Shown: positions 19,515 to 29,957, counted from the first letter of the stretch. The stretch: 64,000 nucleotides of DNA from Candidatus Omnitrophota bacterium (GCA_013203315.1 JABMQJ010000018.1:18899-82898), one strand, 5' to 3'. Made by a program: numbers and translations. The notes: a model not told the origin generated them from the letters alone.

Positions 19515-21485
19515 ATGTGTGGGATATTTGGTTTTACGATAAAAAATAAACCAAACTTGACTAAAGAAGACTTAAAGGATATGGCCTCCATTTTATTCAA
19601 GTTGTCTGCGCGCCGCGGCCATGAAGCAACAGGCTTGGCTATCGCTCATCATGGCAAGATATCGGTTTATAAGCAACCGACAAGCTATAGAGAGATGCTC
19701 GAGGGGGAAGGATTTAATAACTTTCTTAATCGCTTCCAAACCTCTTCAGCTTCTCCCGGACGGCCAAAGCATATTACAACGCCGATAACGCTTATTGGCC
19801 ATACGCGACTTGTTACAAGCGGAATCCAGGTTTTGCATGAGAACAATCAGCCAATTATTTCAAATCACATAGTCGGTGTTCACAACGGCATTATAGCAAA
19901 TGACGATAACTTGGCTAAACGGCATCTTCCTTCGAAAAGAATGCCAAGGAGCGATTCCACTCTTTTGTTCGAACTGATCGACAAATTTTACTCTGACACA
20001 GGAGAACTCAAAGCGGCAATTTCAAAAGTATACAGTGAAATTTTAGGATCAGCTTCAATTGCGTTGTTTAGTGATGATCAATCCGGGCTAACCCTTGCGA
20101 CAAACACAGGTTCTTTATATCACAGTTACAATGATGAGGCCGGCTTTTTTGTGTTTGCATCCGAACATTATATAGTTGAACAATTTCTCAAGAAAAGCAT
20201 TCTCGCAAGAGGCTACGATTCCCACAATATCCAATGTCTTAATCCGGCCACCGGCGCTTTTGTCAAATTCGAAAATGTTATACCTGAAATTTTCCAGCTA
20301 AAAGAACCCATGGACAAGCAAGCGCCCGCGCCTACGGATAGAAAAAAGAACATCTATGAAATTATCAATGCCAGTTCACCTCGAAAATCTTTACGCCATT
20401 GCACGCGTTGTGTATTACCGGAAACCTATCCCTTTATTTCGTTTGACGAGAATGGCGTCTGCAATTATTGCAGAAAATACAAAAAACAGGAATTTCTTGG
20501 TTATGATGCACTTGAAAATATCCTAAGTAAATACCGTTCGAAGGACGGCAGGCCTGATTGTATTGTTGGGTTTAGCGGTGGCCGAGATAGTTCATATGCG
20601 TTACATGTTTTGAAGACAAAGCTTGGCATGCATCCGATCGCATATACTTACGACTGGGGATTGGTCACGGACCTTGCGAGGCGCAATCAGGCAAGGGTTA
20701 CCGGAAAGCTCGGTATTGAGCACCTTATCCGTGCGGCTGATATTCATACGAAACGGCGGCATATCAAAAAACATATTTATGCATGGCTTGAAAAACCCGA
20801 ATTGGGAATGGTCCCGCTTTTTATGGCCGGTGATAAAATGTTTTATTACTATGGCGGGCAACTTCGCAAGGAAACAGGTATAAAGCTTACGGTTTTTGCA
20901 GCCGGGCAGCAACTAGAGCAAATGGAGTTCAAGGTTGGTTTTTGCGGAATCGATGAGCACCTAGAGAATAATACAAAACTATATCATTTTAAACTCATAT
21001 CAAAGGTTCGTTTGGCATTGTGGTATCTAAAGCAATACTGCTTAAATCCACGTTATTTCAACGAATCTTTTTTTGATAGCGCTTTTGCTTTTTATGTGTC
21101 CTTTCTGAATAAAGACGATTATACTTACCTCTATCGTTATATTCCGTGGGATGAAAAGGTAATAGAGCGAACTTTGAAAGAAGAATATGACTGGGAGTTG
21201 GATAGTAAATACGGTAAAAATCAATGGCGTATGGGCGACGGCCAAACAGCATTTACAAACTACATATATTACGCCATAGCCGGTTTTTCCGAGTTTGATA
21301 GCTTTCGCAGCAACCAGATCCGTGAAGGTCTGATTACTAGGGAAGAAGCTGTGGAACTTCTGAAAGATGATAACAGGCTGCGTATTGGAATGTTGCAGGA
21401 TTTTAGCCAGCTAATCGGTTTTAATCTTGAAGAAGTCCTGCTAAAAATTAATAAAATTCCTAAATTGTACCAAGAGAAAAAATAA
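19515..21485 (+). CDS. Class II (Ntn) glutamine amidotransferase fused to a WbpG-like N-acetyl-sugar amidotransferase (PP-loop)
   Basis: ATG 19515 gives MCGIFG (Cys nucleophile) behind an AGAGGTG RBS. RRGHEATG, GHTR, HNG; then CTRCVLPET, CNYC, DCIVGFSGGRDSS. Confidence 0.82.
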   Translation: MCGIFGFTIKNKPNLTKEDLKDMASILFKLSARRGHEATGLAIAHHGKISVYKQPTSYREMLEGEGFNNFLNRFQTSSASPGRPKHITTPITLIGHTRLVTSGIQVLHENNQPIISNHIVGVHNGIIANDDNLAKRHLPSKRMPRSDSTLLFELIDKFYSDTGELKAAISKVYSEILGSASIALFSDDQSGLTLATNTGSLYHSYNDEAGFFVFASEHYIVEQFLKKSILARGYDSHNIQCLNPATGAFVKFENVIPEIFQLKEPMDKQAPAPTDRKKNIYEIINASSPRKSLRHCTRCVLPETYPFISFDENGVCNYCRKYKKQEFLGYDALENILSKYRSKDGRPDCIVGFSGGRDSSYALHVLKTKLGMHPIAYTYDWGLVTDLARRNQARVTGKLGIEHLIRAADIHTKRRHIKKHIYAWLEKPELGMVPLFMAGDKMFYYYGGQLRKETGIKLTVFAAGQQLEQMEFKVGFCGIDEHLENNTKLYHFKLISKVRLALWYLKQYCLNPRYFNESFFDSAFAFYVSFLNKDDYTYLYRYIPWDEKVIERTLKEEYDWELDSKYGKNQWRMGDGQTAFTNYIYYAIAGFSEFDSFRSNQIREGLITREEAVELLKDDNRLRIGMLQDFSQLIGFNLEEVLLKINKIPKLYQEKK

Positions 21486-21496
21486 GTAATAACAAA

Positions 21497-23413
21497 ATGA
21501 ATTTTAGTAAAACAAAGATATTGGTTCTGATAGTAGTTTGCGCTGCTAATTTACTATTATTACTCCCTACCATGGGGAATAATGTCGACAATCCCAACCT
21601 AATTACTTATTTTAGCGGCGATGAAGGCTATACGATGGATGTTTTGTGGTTTTATTATAGCGGAGAAAAGAGGGAGAGTTACCAGGGGGACGTTGATTAT
21701 GGAATTGAGTGGTTTTATGTTTCACGCTTTGCGCGTTTGATATTATCAAAATTCATAGATTTTGGACCAGGTACCCTTATCTTATTATTAAAATGGATTC
21801 ATTTGATTGCTTGGATCGGCGCTTTAATCGCACTGTGGTTTTTTGTGGGTTATCATTTTGGGAAAGGATGGCAACAGATAGTGGCCGTTCTTTTGCTGGC
21901 AACCAGGCCTTCATTGGATTATGTTTTTAATAGTGCTAAACCAGAACCGCTTGTTTTGCTAATCATGCTGCTTGGGTTCCATTTTGTTTTAAGAATTATA
22001 GAAAAACCATCGATTAAATACTTTTTATTTTCTATATTATGTGTCGTAACCGCATTCGCTATAAAGTTTGCAGGTATTTTTCTGCTTCCTGCAATAATTG
22101 CTGCCATGTATTATTCAAAACAATATCAGAACGATCTTGGCAGAAAAAATTATATTGGGCCTTTCCCGAAATTTAAACACAACTGGATATTTGAGTTTCT
22201 AATAGGCATATTTTTTATTACAATTCCGTTTTTATTTATCTTTTCTTATGTTCGTAAATCGACAGGTCTTACTTTCTACAATGAATTTGGTATTTTAGGA
22301 AGCCTTGCAAAGAACAAAATATCTTTTTTAGCCTTTTTTACGGGCGCAGTTTTTTTGTTTATCTCGGCCATATTATTTTTCCTAAATAAAAGTAGAAAAT
22401 TTTCCAATAAAAAAATTACAGAAACGATTAACGAAATAAATTCATATGCCTTACTGTCAGGAGGACTATTTTTCATTTTTTTGTTATTAATCGAGTTTAA
22501 ATGGATTTTATCTAGTCCGGATCTATTTCGCACAACATATTTCTATAATATTTCTGACTTTATAGGCGTATTTGCCACCAGAACCGTTACTGTCAGTAAC
22601 ATTCTAGGAAGATATTCAGGAATTGTTATTTCGAAAATAAAGGGGTTCGATCCTATAATACTTCTTTTATTTGGCATTTATCTAATTGTGGAGTTACGTT
22701 TACGTAAGCAGAAATCAAACATTGAGAGACGATCATTCTATAAAAGATTATCCTTAGACTTCATGCTTATACCGATTTTTATAGCCATCTTTACCATGGG
22801 TAGATTTACGCATCATCATATGCTGCCATTTTTTTGCGTAGCATCTATTTTAGCAATTAAAGGGGTTGATATGTTTAGAACTGCGTTTAAAGGTCCGAGA
22901 TTGATAAAAATGGCATTTTTATTCTTTGTCAGTATCTTATTTACGATTAGTATAGTGACGCATGGGGCAGAGTTAATAAAGCTAAGGTTGTATCAGTACA
23001 GACAGAGGGAGGATGTTGTTTTCGAGATAGAAAAGTGGTGGAGACAAAATGTTCCCCTAGATGAAACCGTTGTAGCAGATCATCATTCAATGGTTTACAT
23101 GCCTCCAGAGTATAAAAACGTGACATTTATTAAAATTTCCCATGATAAAATCGAACAAATAAAAGATCTTGTGCGTACGGTAAAGCCAAAATATGTTTAT
23201 TATAACAGTGGGCATGATGAAAAGCACATAGTGCCGCCCATTGAATCAGTTTTGCCCGATTTAAAAGTAAAATTGGTCGCATCTTTTAATAGCGTAGGTA
23301 GATTGTATAGAAGGCTTCCGAACTCGCAATTTCTAATATATGAAGTAATCTCCTACGACAAAACAAGTAAAATAGACGATGTGGAACTCTATTTAAAAAC
23401 AGGGGATATATGA
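21497..23413 (+). CDS. GT-C-type (GT39/ArnT-like) polytopic membrane glycosyltransferase
   Basis: DEG in the first extracytoplasmic loop, KPEP, many TM segments, soluble C-terminal domain. Confidence 0.6.
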   Translation: MNFSKTKILVLIVVCAANLLLLLPTMGNNVDNPNLITYFSGDEGYTMDVLWFYYSGEKRESYQGDVDYGIEWFYVSRFARLILSKFIDFGPGTLILLLKWIHLIAWIGALIALWFFVGYHFGKGWQQIVAVLLLATRPSLDYVFNSAKPEPLVLLIMLLGFHFVLRIIEKPSIKYFLFSILCVVTAFAIKFAGIFLLPAIIAAMYYSKQYQNDLGRKNYIGPFPKFKHNWIFEFLIGIFFITIPFLFIFSYVRKSTGLTFYNEFGILGSLAKNKISFLAFFTGAVFLFISAILFFLNKSRKFSNKKITETINEINSYALLSGGLFFIFLLLIEFKWILSSPDLFRTTYFYNISDFIGVFATRTVTVSNILGRYSGIVISKIKGFDPIILLLFGIYLIVELRLRKQKSNIERRSFYKRLSLDFMLIPIFIAIFTMGRFTHHHMLPFFCVASILAIKGVDMFRTAFKGPRLIKMAFLFFVSILFTISIVTHGAELIKLRLYQYRQREDVVFEIEKWWRQNVPLDETVVADHHSMVYMPPEYKNVTFIKISHDKIEQIKDLVRTVKPKYVYYNSGHDEKHIVPPIESVLPDLKVKLVASFNSVGRLYRRLPNSQFLIYEVISYDKTSKIDDVELYLKTGDI

Positions 23414-24153
23414 GTCCGAAAAGGGATACCGAGAAAGATGATGTAGTGATACTTTGCGGAGGCATGGGCACGCGCCTGCGTGAAGAAACGGAAACAAAGC
23501 CTAAGCCAATGGTGGAAATAGGCGGAAAGCCGATATTATGGCACATTATGAAGTATTATGCAGCTTATGGATTTACGAGATTCATTTTGGCTCTCGGATA
23601 TAAAGGCGCTTATATCAAGGATTATTTTCGTGATTACAACAATGAAAAACAATGGGAAATCGCATGCGTCGATACCGGCCAAAAAACCCTTAAAGGCGGC
23701 CGCATAAAAAGATTGGAACCCCATATAAAAAGCAAAAATTTCCACCTTACATACGGTGATGGCCTGGGTAGGGTGGACCTTAAGCGCCTGGCGAACTTCC
23801 ACTTTTCGCGTAAAAAAATAGGCACAGTTACCGCCGTTCGCCCGCCATCGCGCTTTGGGGAATTGCTGTTAAAAGGCAATTATGTTAAGGAATTCGAAGA
23901 AAAACCGCAACTCACCAGAGGATATATAAACGGCGGATTTTTCATATTTAATAAGAAACTTCTTGAATATCTGACGCCCGATGAAAATTGCGATCTGGAA
24001 TTCGGCGCGTTACAGAAACTAGCATCCGAGGGCCAACTTACCGCATATAAGCATGACGGTTACTGGCAGTGCATGGATACGGCCAGGGACATGAATTACC
24101 TTAATGAGTTATGGGAAAACGGCGACCCGCCATGGAGGATATGGAACAAATGA
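23410..24153 (+). CDS. rfbF: Glucose-1-phosphate cytidylyltransferase
   Basis: ILCGGMGTRLREET, KPKPMVEIGGKPILWHIMK, TYGDG, INGGFF, WQCMDT. Confidence 0.88.
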   Translation: MSPKRDTEKDDVVILCGGMGTRLREETETKPKPMVEIGGKPILWHIMKYYAAYGFTRFILALGYKGAYIKDYFRDYNNEKQWEIACVDTGQKTLKGGRIKRLEPHIKSKNFHLTYGDGLGRVDLKRLANFHFSRKKIGTVTAVRPPSRFGELLLKGNYVKEFEEKPQLTRGYINGGFFIFNKKLLEYLTPDENCDLEFGALQKLASEGQLTAYKHDGYWQCMDTARDMNYLNELWENGDPPWRIWNK

Positions 24154-25202
24154 AGCCCACTGTATTAATTACGGGGAACACAGGCTATATCGGGACGGTC
24201 ATGGCGAAGCACTTTAAAGAGGCCTCTTACAATGTCGTGGGCCTGGATAATGATTTATACCGTGAAAACTCTCTCTTTTCTTCCGGCGATGAGGCAAAGC
24301 CGCAAAAACAAATTATAAAGGATATCCGACAGGTTACAGCAAATGACCTAGAAGGCGTAGACGCAGTGATACATCTTGCGGGGCTCTCAAATGATCCCCT
24401 GGGGGAGTTGAACCCCGGACTAACCGATGAGATAAATTGCGTATCCACATTGCAGTTGGCACGTTTGGCAAAGTCAAAAGGGATAAAACGCTTTCTTTTT
24501 TCTTCTTCCTGCAGTATTTATGGGATATCTTCCGTAGATTTTTCAATAAATGAGACAGGGCGCCTTAAGCCCCTGACCGCCTATGCCAAGGCAAAGGTTG
24601 ATGCGGAATCAGGACTCGCAAAACTTGCGGATGAAAATTTTCATCCTGTTTTTATGCGTAACGCGACAGTCTACGGCCTCTCCCCGAAGATGAGGCTGGA
24701 TCTTGTCGTGAATAACCTTACCGCATGGGCATATTTAAAGGGTGAAATTGCAATAATGAGCGACGGCACGCCATGGAGGCCTATTGTGCACGTCGAAGAT
24801 CTGTCCCGTGCCTTCAAAACGGTTCTTGAGGCGCCACATAAAAAAATTCATTGCCAGGCTTTTAATATCGGGTCAAATACCGAGAATTATCAGGTTAAAG
24901 ATATAGCGCTAAAAGTCGGAAGTGCCGTACCCGAAGCCAGCATAAAGATACTGAATAAAATGGGACCCGATGAAAGAACCTATAAAGTAGATTTTTCCAA
25001 GTTTAAAGACGCGTTTCCGGAATTTAAATGGCTATGGAACGTAGAGAAAGGAATAGAAGCGCTTCTGGATGCATACAAAAGATATTCCTTGAGCGTAGAT
25101 GACTTTGAATCTGACAAATATTTCCGCGTAAGGACAATTAAGTCACTACTTGAATCAGGCAAAATAGATGAAAATCTTAAAATTAAGGGAGGCCAGGCAT
25201 GA
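24150..25202 (+). CDS. NAD-dependent nucleotide-sugar epimerase/dehydratase (extended SDR)
   Basis: Start moved to ATG 24150. TGNTGYIG, HLAGLSNDP, SSCSIYG, YAKAK, RNAT. Confidence 0.88.
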   Translation: MKPTVLITGNTGYIGTVMAKHFKEASYNVVGLDNDLYRENSLFSSGDEAKPQKQIIKDIRQVTANDLEGVDAVIHLAGLSNDPLGELNPGLTDEINCVSTLQLARLAKSKGIKRFLFSSSCSIYGISSVDFSINETGRLKPLTAYAKAKVDAESGLAKLADENFHPVFMRNATVYGLSPKMRLDLVVNNLTAWAYLKGEIAIMSDGTPWRPIVHVEDLSRAFKTVLEAPHKKIHCQAFNIGSNTENYQVKDIALKVGSAVPEASIKILNKMGPDERTYKVDFSKFKDAFPEFKWLWNVEKGIEALLDAYKRYSLSVDDFESDKYFRVRTIKSLLESGKIDENLKIKGGQA

Positions 25203-25648
25203 TAGAAGGGGTAAAGTTAGTTCCGCTTAAAAGAATATCCGACGAAAGAGGCATGATCATGCATATGCTAAAATGCACGGATCCGCATTTCGAACAATTC
25301 GGAGAAGTGTATTTTTCTACGGCCCATCCCGGTGTTATCAAGGGTTGGCACGAGCACACCAAACAAGTCCAGTTCTACGCGGTAGTAAAAGGCATGATAA
25401 AGCTTGTCCTTTATGACGCGAGAAAAAAATCCCCAACCCACGGTGAGCTCATGGAACTGTTTATCGGAGACGACAATTATCAGCTCGTACGAATTCCTGC
25501 CGGCATAATTAACGGCTACAAAAATATAGGCACTGAGACGATAATTCTGGCGAATTGCGCAACGCTACCACACCAACCAGATGAGATGCTTCGATATGAC
25601 CCGCACGGGAGTAAAGTACCTTATAAGTGGACAAGGGCAGATAAGTAA
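25199..25648 (+). CDS. RmlC-like NDP-4-keto-6-deoxysugar 3,5-epimerase (cupin)
   Basis: DERG, GVIKGWHEH, LYDAR, IPAG. Confidence 0.82.
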   Translation: MIEGVKLVPLKRISDERGMIMHMLKCTDPHFEQFGEVYFSTAHPGVIKGWHEHTKQVQFYAVVKGMIKLVLYDARKKSPTHGELMELFIGDDNYQLVRIPAGIINGYKNIGTETIILANCATLPHQPDEMLRYDPHGSKVPYKWTRADK

Positions 25649-25649
25649 T

Positions 25650-26555
25650 ATGAGTAGCAGTGAAAGCAAACTTCAAGCCGTAGTGATCGGCGCAAACGGT
25701 TTAGTAGGCAGGTGCGTCATTAACCTGCTTACACAAAAGGGCATAGAGTGCATAGGCACATGCAACAAGAGGCCACGCAATAAGCTTTTCAAGCTGGATA
25801 TTACAGACCCCGAAGAAATAAACAGGTTTTTTTCTAAATTTTCGCCCGAAGTAGTTTTTCATTGCGCAAATCTTGCGGGTGGCGTAAACTTTTGCCAGTC
25901 AAACCCAAAAATCGCCACTGATTTTCACCTTAATGCCACCAAGAGAATAGGGAACGCCTGCAACGCCAATAACGCAACTATGTTTTTCATATCAACGGAC
26001 TACGTATTTGACGGCACGAAGGCCCCCTACAAAGAGAATGACCCTACAAATCCTTTAAACTTATACGGAAAGCTGAAGCTTGAAGCGGAGGAATGGATAA
26101 AAGGCAACATTTCGAAGTTTGTAATAGTTAGGACAACCAACGTTTACGGCTGGGACCCCGAAACGGTAACCCCGAATTATGTTATGGGCTTATACAGAAC
26201 GCTTAAAGAGGGTAAACCGTTTAATGCGCCGTCGTTCCTTCGCGGAAATCCCACATACGCAAACGATTTGGCAGAGGCAATTGTAGAATTGTACGTAAAA
26301 AATGCACATGGGCTTTTTCATGTGGTCGGAAAAAGTTTTGTCGACAGGCTCGAATGGGCAAACGCCGCATGCGAGATTTTTGAGTTAAACAAATCATTGC
26401 TGAATGAAACAAAGGTGCCGTCGCCGGACATGGTTCCGAGACCACTGGAATCAAACCTTACTTCCGACAAATTTATGCGAGCCTATAAAAGCACTTTGCA
26501 CGACCTTGCAAGCGGTCTCAAGCTCATGAAATCCGACATGAAAACTTTAGGTTAA
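25650..26555 (+). CDS. RmlD-like NDP-4-keto-6-deoxysugar reductase
   Basis: Start moved to ATG 25650. GANGLVG, ISTDYVFDG, YGKLK, PRP. Confidence 0.85.
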   Translation: MSSSESKLQAVVIGANGLVGRCVINLLTQKGIECIGTCNKRPRNKLFKLDITDPEEINRFFSKFSPEVVFHCANLAGGVNFCQSNPKIATDFHLNATKRIGNACNANNATMFFISTDYVFDGTKAPYKENDPTNPLNLYGKLKLEAEEWIKGNISKFVIVRTTNVYGWDPETVTPNYVMGLYRTLKEGKPFNAPSFLRGNPTYANDLAEAIVELYVKNAHGLFHVVGKSFVDRLEWANAACEIFELNKSLLNETKVPSPDMVPRPLESNLTSDKFMRAYKSTLHDLASGLKLMKSDMKTLG

Positions 26556-26557
26556 AA

Positions 26558-27460
26558 ATGCAACAACCCCTTTTTACCGTAATAATTTCAACCTATAATC
26601 GTAAAGACATATTGCCGCGCGCGATTGAAAGCGTCTTGAACCAGACCTTCCCGAATTTTGAGCTTTTGGTAATTGACAATGGCTCGACGGATTCAACCGC
26701 TTCCGTTTGCGACCGCGTAAAAGATGATCGCTTCACGTATGTCCGGAATCCCAAGCCAACAGATTCCTGCGACGGCCCAAGAAACCTCGGCATAGAAATG
26801 GCCCAGGGTAACCTCATCGCTTTTCTCGACGACGATGACATATGGTATCCCACGAGGCTTGAAAAAGTAAAAAAGGCATTTGAGGAAAATCCGGACGTAT
26901 CCTGCGTGTGCCATAATGAAAATAAAAACGTGGACGGTAAGATAACCGAAACATTCAGGTATGGGCCGTGGTCACCTGATTTGTACGAACGCTTGCTCTA
27001 CGAAGGGAACTGTCTCTCTTCCTGTGCGACAACGATAAAGCGTGATTTATTGAAGAAACTGGACGGTTTCGATTTGAGAAAAGAATTTTGTAAGGCGGCA
27101 GATTACGATTTGTGGATAAGAATGGCCAAGAGAGGCGTGAAGATTTATTTTATTGATGAGCCGCTCGGAGAATTTTTCCTGACAGGGCATAACTGGAGTA
27201 CGGCCGATCCGACATTCAGAGGAAAGCTTGCCAATCTTCTCGAAATGCACATTCTTCAACATGAAAAAAAGCCCATTTTACAAATTTCAAAAAGAGGCAT
27301 GTGGCAACTATTTAAACTAAATGCGATTGCCGGCAAAAGATATACGAAGGCCGGGGATTACAGAAACGCCCTGCGTCATTATCGTAAAGCAGCTTTATTT
27401 GTCATGAAAAAACCAAGTTTAATAAGTACCCTATTCTCAGGAACGGTCAAAAATGATTGA
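26558..27460 (+). CDS. GT2 glycosyltransferase
   Basis: STYNR, IDNGSTD, RNLG, FLDDDD, DYDLW. Confidence 0.9.
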   Translation: MQQPLFTVIISTYNRKDILPRAIESVLNQTFPNFELLVIDNGSTDSTASVCDRVKDDRFTYVRNPKPTDSCDGPRNLGIEMAQGNLIAFLDDDDIWYPTRLEKVKKAFEENPDVSCVCHNENKNVDGKITETFRYGPWSPDLYERLLYEGNCLSSCATTIKRDLLKKLDGFDLRKEFCKAADYDLWIRMAKRGVKIYFIDEPLGEFFLTGHNWSTADPTFRGKLANLLEMHILQHEKKPILQISKRGMWQLFKLNAIAGKRYTKAGDYRNALRHYRKAALFVMKKPSLISTLFSGTVKND

Positions 27461-28574
27461 AAATAAATTACCCGCATACAAGAAGGAAAAATGCACCTTT
27501 TTCGCCTTGGGGAGAAATGCAATGTATGCTGCCTGCAACGCACTGGGCCTCAAAAAAGGCGACGAGATTCTTACCCCTGCATTTGATTGTGACGGGTCAT
27601 TGCAACCCTTCAGGGTCTTGGAGTATAAACCAATATTCTTCCGTTCCGACCCGCGAACGTTTTCCGCGGATTTAGAAGACATAAAAAAGAAAATTACCCC
27701 AAAAACGAAATTACTGCACATAATAAACCATTTTGGAATGCCGCAACCTTGGAATGACATCTTGAGCCTTCAAAGAGAGGTAAATATTCCCATCATGGAA
27801 GATAATGCCTATTCGCTTTTTTCAAGCCTTGACGGGAAACCCTTTGGAACGTTCGGGGACGCGGCAATATTTTCACTACGAAAAAACTTACCACTCGCTG
27901 ATGGAGGAATGCTACGCATCAATAACCCGCGATACAAATTCACTGAAGATTCAAAAAAAAGTAAATTCATTTATAAAGAGGACTTGGAAAGTCTCGCAGT
28001 TGTAATAAAAAATAGAGTTGGTTTAAGTACAGTTTTCCGTTCTTTGAGGCAGGGACCCCCTCCGCCGCTTTATTCGAATGGCAACCTGGAATATCCCGTC
28101 TGGGCCGGCCGCGATCATATCGGAAAAGAATTTTCCTGCAATTACACAAGATCCATGTCACGATTTTCAAGACAAGCCTTGGATACGTTTTTACACAATG
28201 ACTACGAGGCTATGATAGAAAAAAAACGCAAGTTCTATTCGATTCTGTCAAAGGGCCTTAAAGGTATTAGAGGGATAGAGGTTTTGTGGCCGGAATTACC
28301 GGAAGGTATAGTGCCTTTCTCATTATCATTTTTGGTATCAAACCACCGAGATGCATTTTTCGACTTTTTGCGAAAAAAATACGACGTTATGGCCTGGCCG
28401 ACGTTATCTGCATTAGTGCTGGAGCAACTTAAAGATTTCCCCGATGTAGAACTTTTGGGAAGGCGTCTCTTACAACTAAATTTACCTTCGGATAAGGTAA
28501 AGAAAACGAATTTTCCGCAGTATATCGAAAATGTCGTAGAGGATATCCACAAGTTAGCGCAAAAATATATTTAG
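27453..28574 (+). CDS. DegT/DnrJ/EryC1/StrS-like PLP-dependent aminotransferase
   Basis: GDEILTPAF, HFG, EDNA, FSLRKNLPLADGG (PLP lysine). Confidence 0.75.
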   Translation: MIENKLPAYKKEKCTFFALGRNAMYAACNALGLKKGDEILTPAFDCDGSLQPFRVLEYKPIFFRSDPRTFSADLEDIKKKITPKTKLLHIINHFGMPQPWNDILSLQREVNIPIMEDNAYSLFSSLDGKPFGTFGDAAIFSLRKNLPLADGGMLRINNPRYKFTEDSKKSKFIYKEDLESLAVVIKNRVGLSTVFRSLRQGPPPPLYSNGNLEYPVWAGRDHIGKEFSCNYTRSMSRFSRQALDTFLHNDYEAMIEKKRKFYSILSKGLKGIRGIEVLWPELPEGIVPFSLSFLVSNHRDAFFDFLRKKYDVMAWPTLSALVLEQLKDFPDVELLGRRLLQLNLPSDKVKKTNFPQYIENVVEDIHKLAQKYI

Positions 28575-28619
28575 TTACACTAGTGCGGAGTTTCACAAAA
28601 AAGTAGAATAGGTTTAATT

Positions 28620-29951
28620 ATGAAAAAAATATTATTAATTATGCAATCCCCCGTAAACAAAGAGAATTACATTAACGTCTTGCCTCCTCTGGGAATATTA
28701 TACATTTGCTCTTTTCTTAAATCCAAAGATATACCCTCAGATATCATTGACTACAATGTGTCGAATATCGATTATTCTGTGGTTCAGGATTATGACTTGA
28801 TAGGTTTTAGCATAAACTGTGCAAATATTACCAATACCCTAAACATGGCAAAGGCTATCAAAAAGCAATATGGCAAGGAAATAATCGTAGGTGGTCCTCA
28901 GGTAACGGGTGATCCGACATTTTTCTTAGACAAGGACTATATCGATGGTGCAGTTGTTGGTGAAGGAGAACACGCCTTATATGAATATTTAATAAAAGGA
29001 AAAGTAGTACCAGGTTTGTATTTAAAAGAAAAAAATAAAAAAATAGTTTTTGGAGAACCACGTCCAGGTAATAAAAACTTAGATTCCTTACCGTTTCCGG
29101 CTTTCGATAAGATTGATATAAGAAAATATAATACGGTTCCCAAAAAAAGAAATCCAGTCTCGACAATAGTTACATCCAGAGGTTGTCCGTTTAAGTGTAT
29201 ATTTTGTTTTCATTCGTTGGGATATTCATTCAGGTCACGTAGTGCCGAGAATATTGTTGATGAGATAGAGTGGCAGGTCAAAAATTTTGGTGTAAAAGAA
29301 ATTTGTTTTCTAGATGATAATCTAAGCCTGGATATCAATAGAGCGAAAAAAATATTCAAAGGTATCATAGATAAGAATCTCGATGTAGTGTTTCAGATAC
29401 ACAACGGTATCAGGGTAGATAAGGTAGATGACGAGTTGTTAAGCTTGATGAAACAAGCAAGATTATGGTTTATGATTATATGCCCCGAAAGCGGCGACTC
29501 GAAAACCATAGAATTGATAAAAAAAGGATTTGATAAAGAAATTGTTAGAAAAGTTGTTAAAACCAGTAAGAAAATGGGATTTTTTACATATGCCTGTTTT
29601 ATGATTGGATTCCCATGGGAAACCGAAGAACGCATAAAGAGAACCGTTGATTTCGCCAAAGAATTAGACACAGATATGGTACAATTCTCGAGGGTAACCG
29701 CATTCCCTGGAACTGAATTATACGATATGTGTAATTTAAATTATAAAATAGAAAAAGATAGCGGCTTATTCTACGGTGATCCCAGATTCAATATAAGCAA
29801 GTTAACTGATTCCAGAATAAATCAAATAATTAAAGAAGCATATAGAAAGTGTTATTTAAAACCAAGAAAGATACTAAAATTATTAACATCTTTGAAATGG
29901 CGAAACGTATACTTATTAGCAAAATATTCTGTAACAACCAAGAGCATCTAA
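28620..29951 (+). CDS. B12-binding domain radical SAM protein (AT-rich gene)
   Basis: PPLGILYI, GGPQ, GEGE, SRGCPFKCIFC, DDN, ESG, GFPWET. Confidence 0.9.
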   Translation: MKKILLIMQSPVNKENYINVLPPLGILYICSFLKSKDIPSDIIDYNVSNIDYSVVQDYDLIGFSINCANITNTLNMAKAIKKQYGKEIIVGGPQVTGDPTFFLDKDYIDGAVVGEGEHALYEYLIKGKVVPGLYLKEKNKKIVFGEPRPGNKNLDSLPFPAFDKIDIRKYNTVPKKRNPVSTIVTSRGCPFKCIFCFHSLGYSFRSRSAENIVDEIEWQVKNFGVKEICFLDDNLSLDINRAKKIFKGIIDKNLDVVFQIHNGIRVDKVDDELLSLMKQARLWFMIICPESGDSKTIELIKKGFDKEIVRKVVKTSKKMGFFTYACFMIGFPWETEERIKRTVDFAKELDTDMVQFSRVTAFPGTELYDMCNLNYKIEKDSGLFYGDPRFNISKLTDSRINQIIKEAYRKCYLKPRKILKLLTSLKWRNVYLLAKYSVTTKSI

Positions 29952-29957
29952 TCCAAA

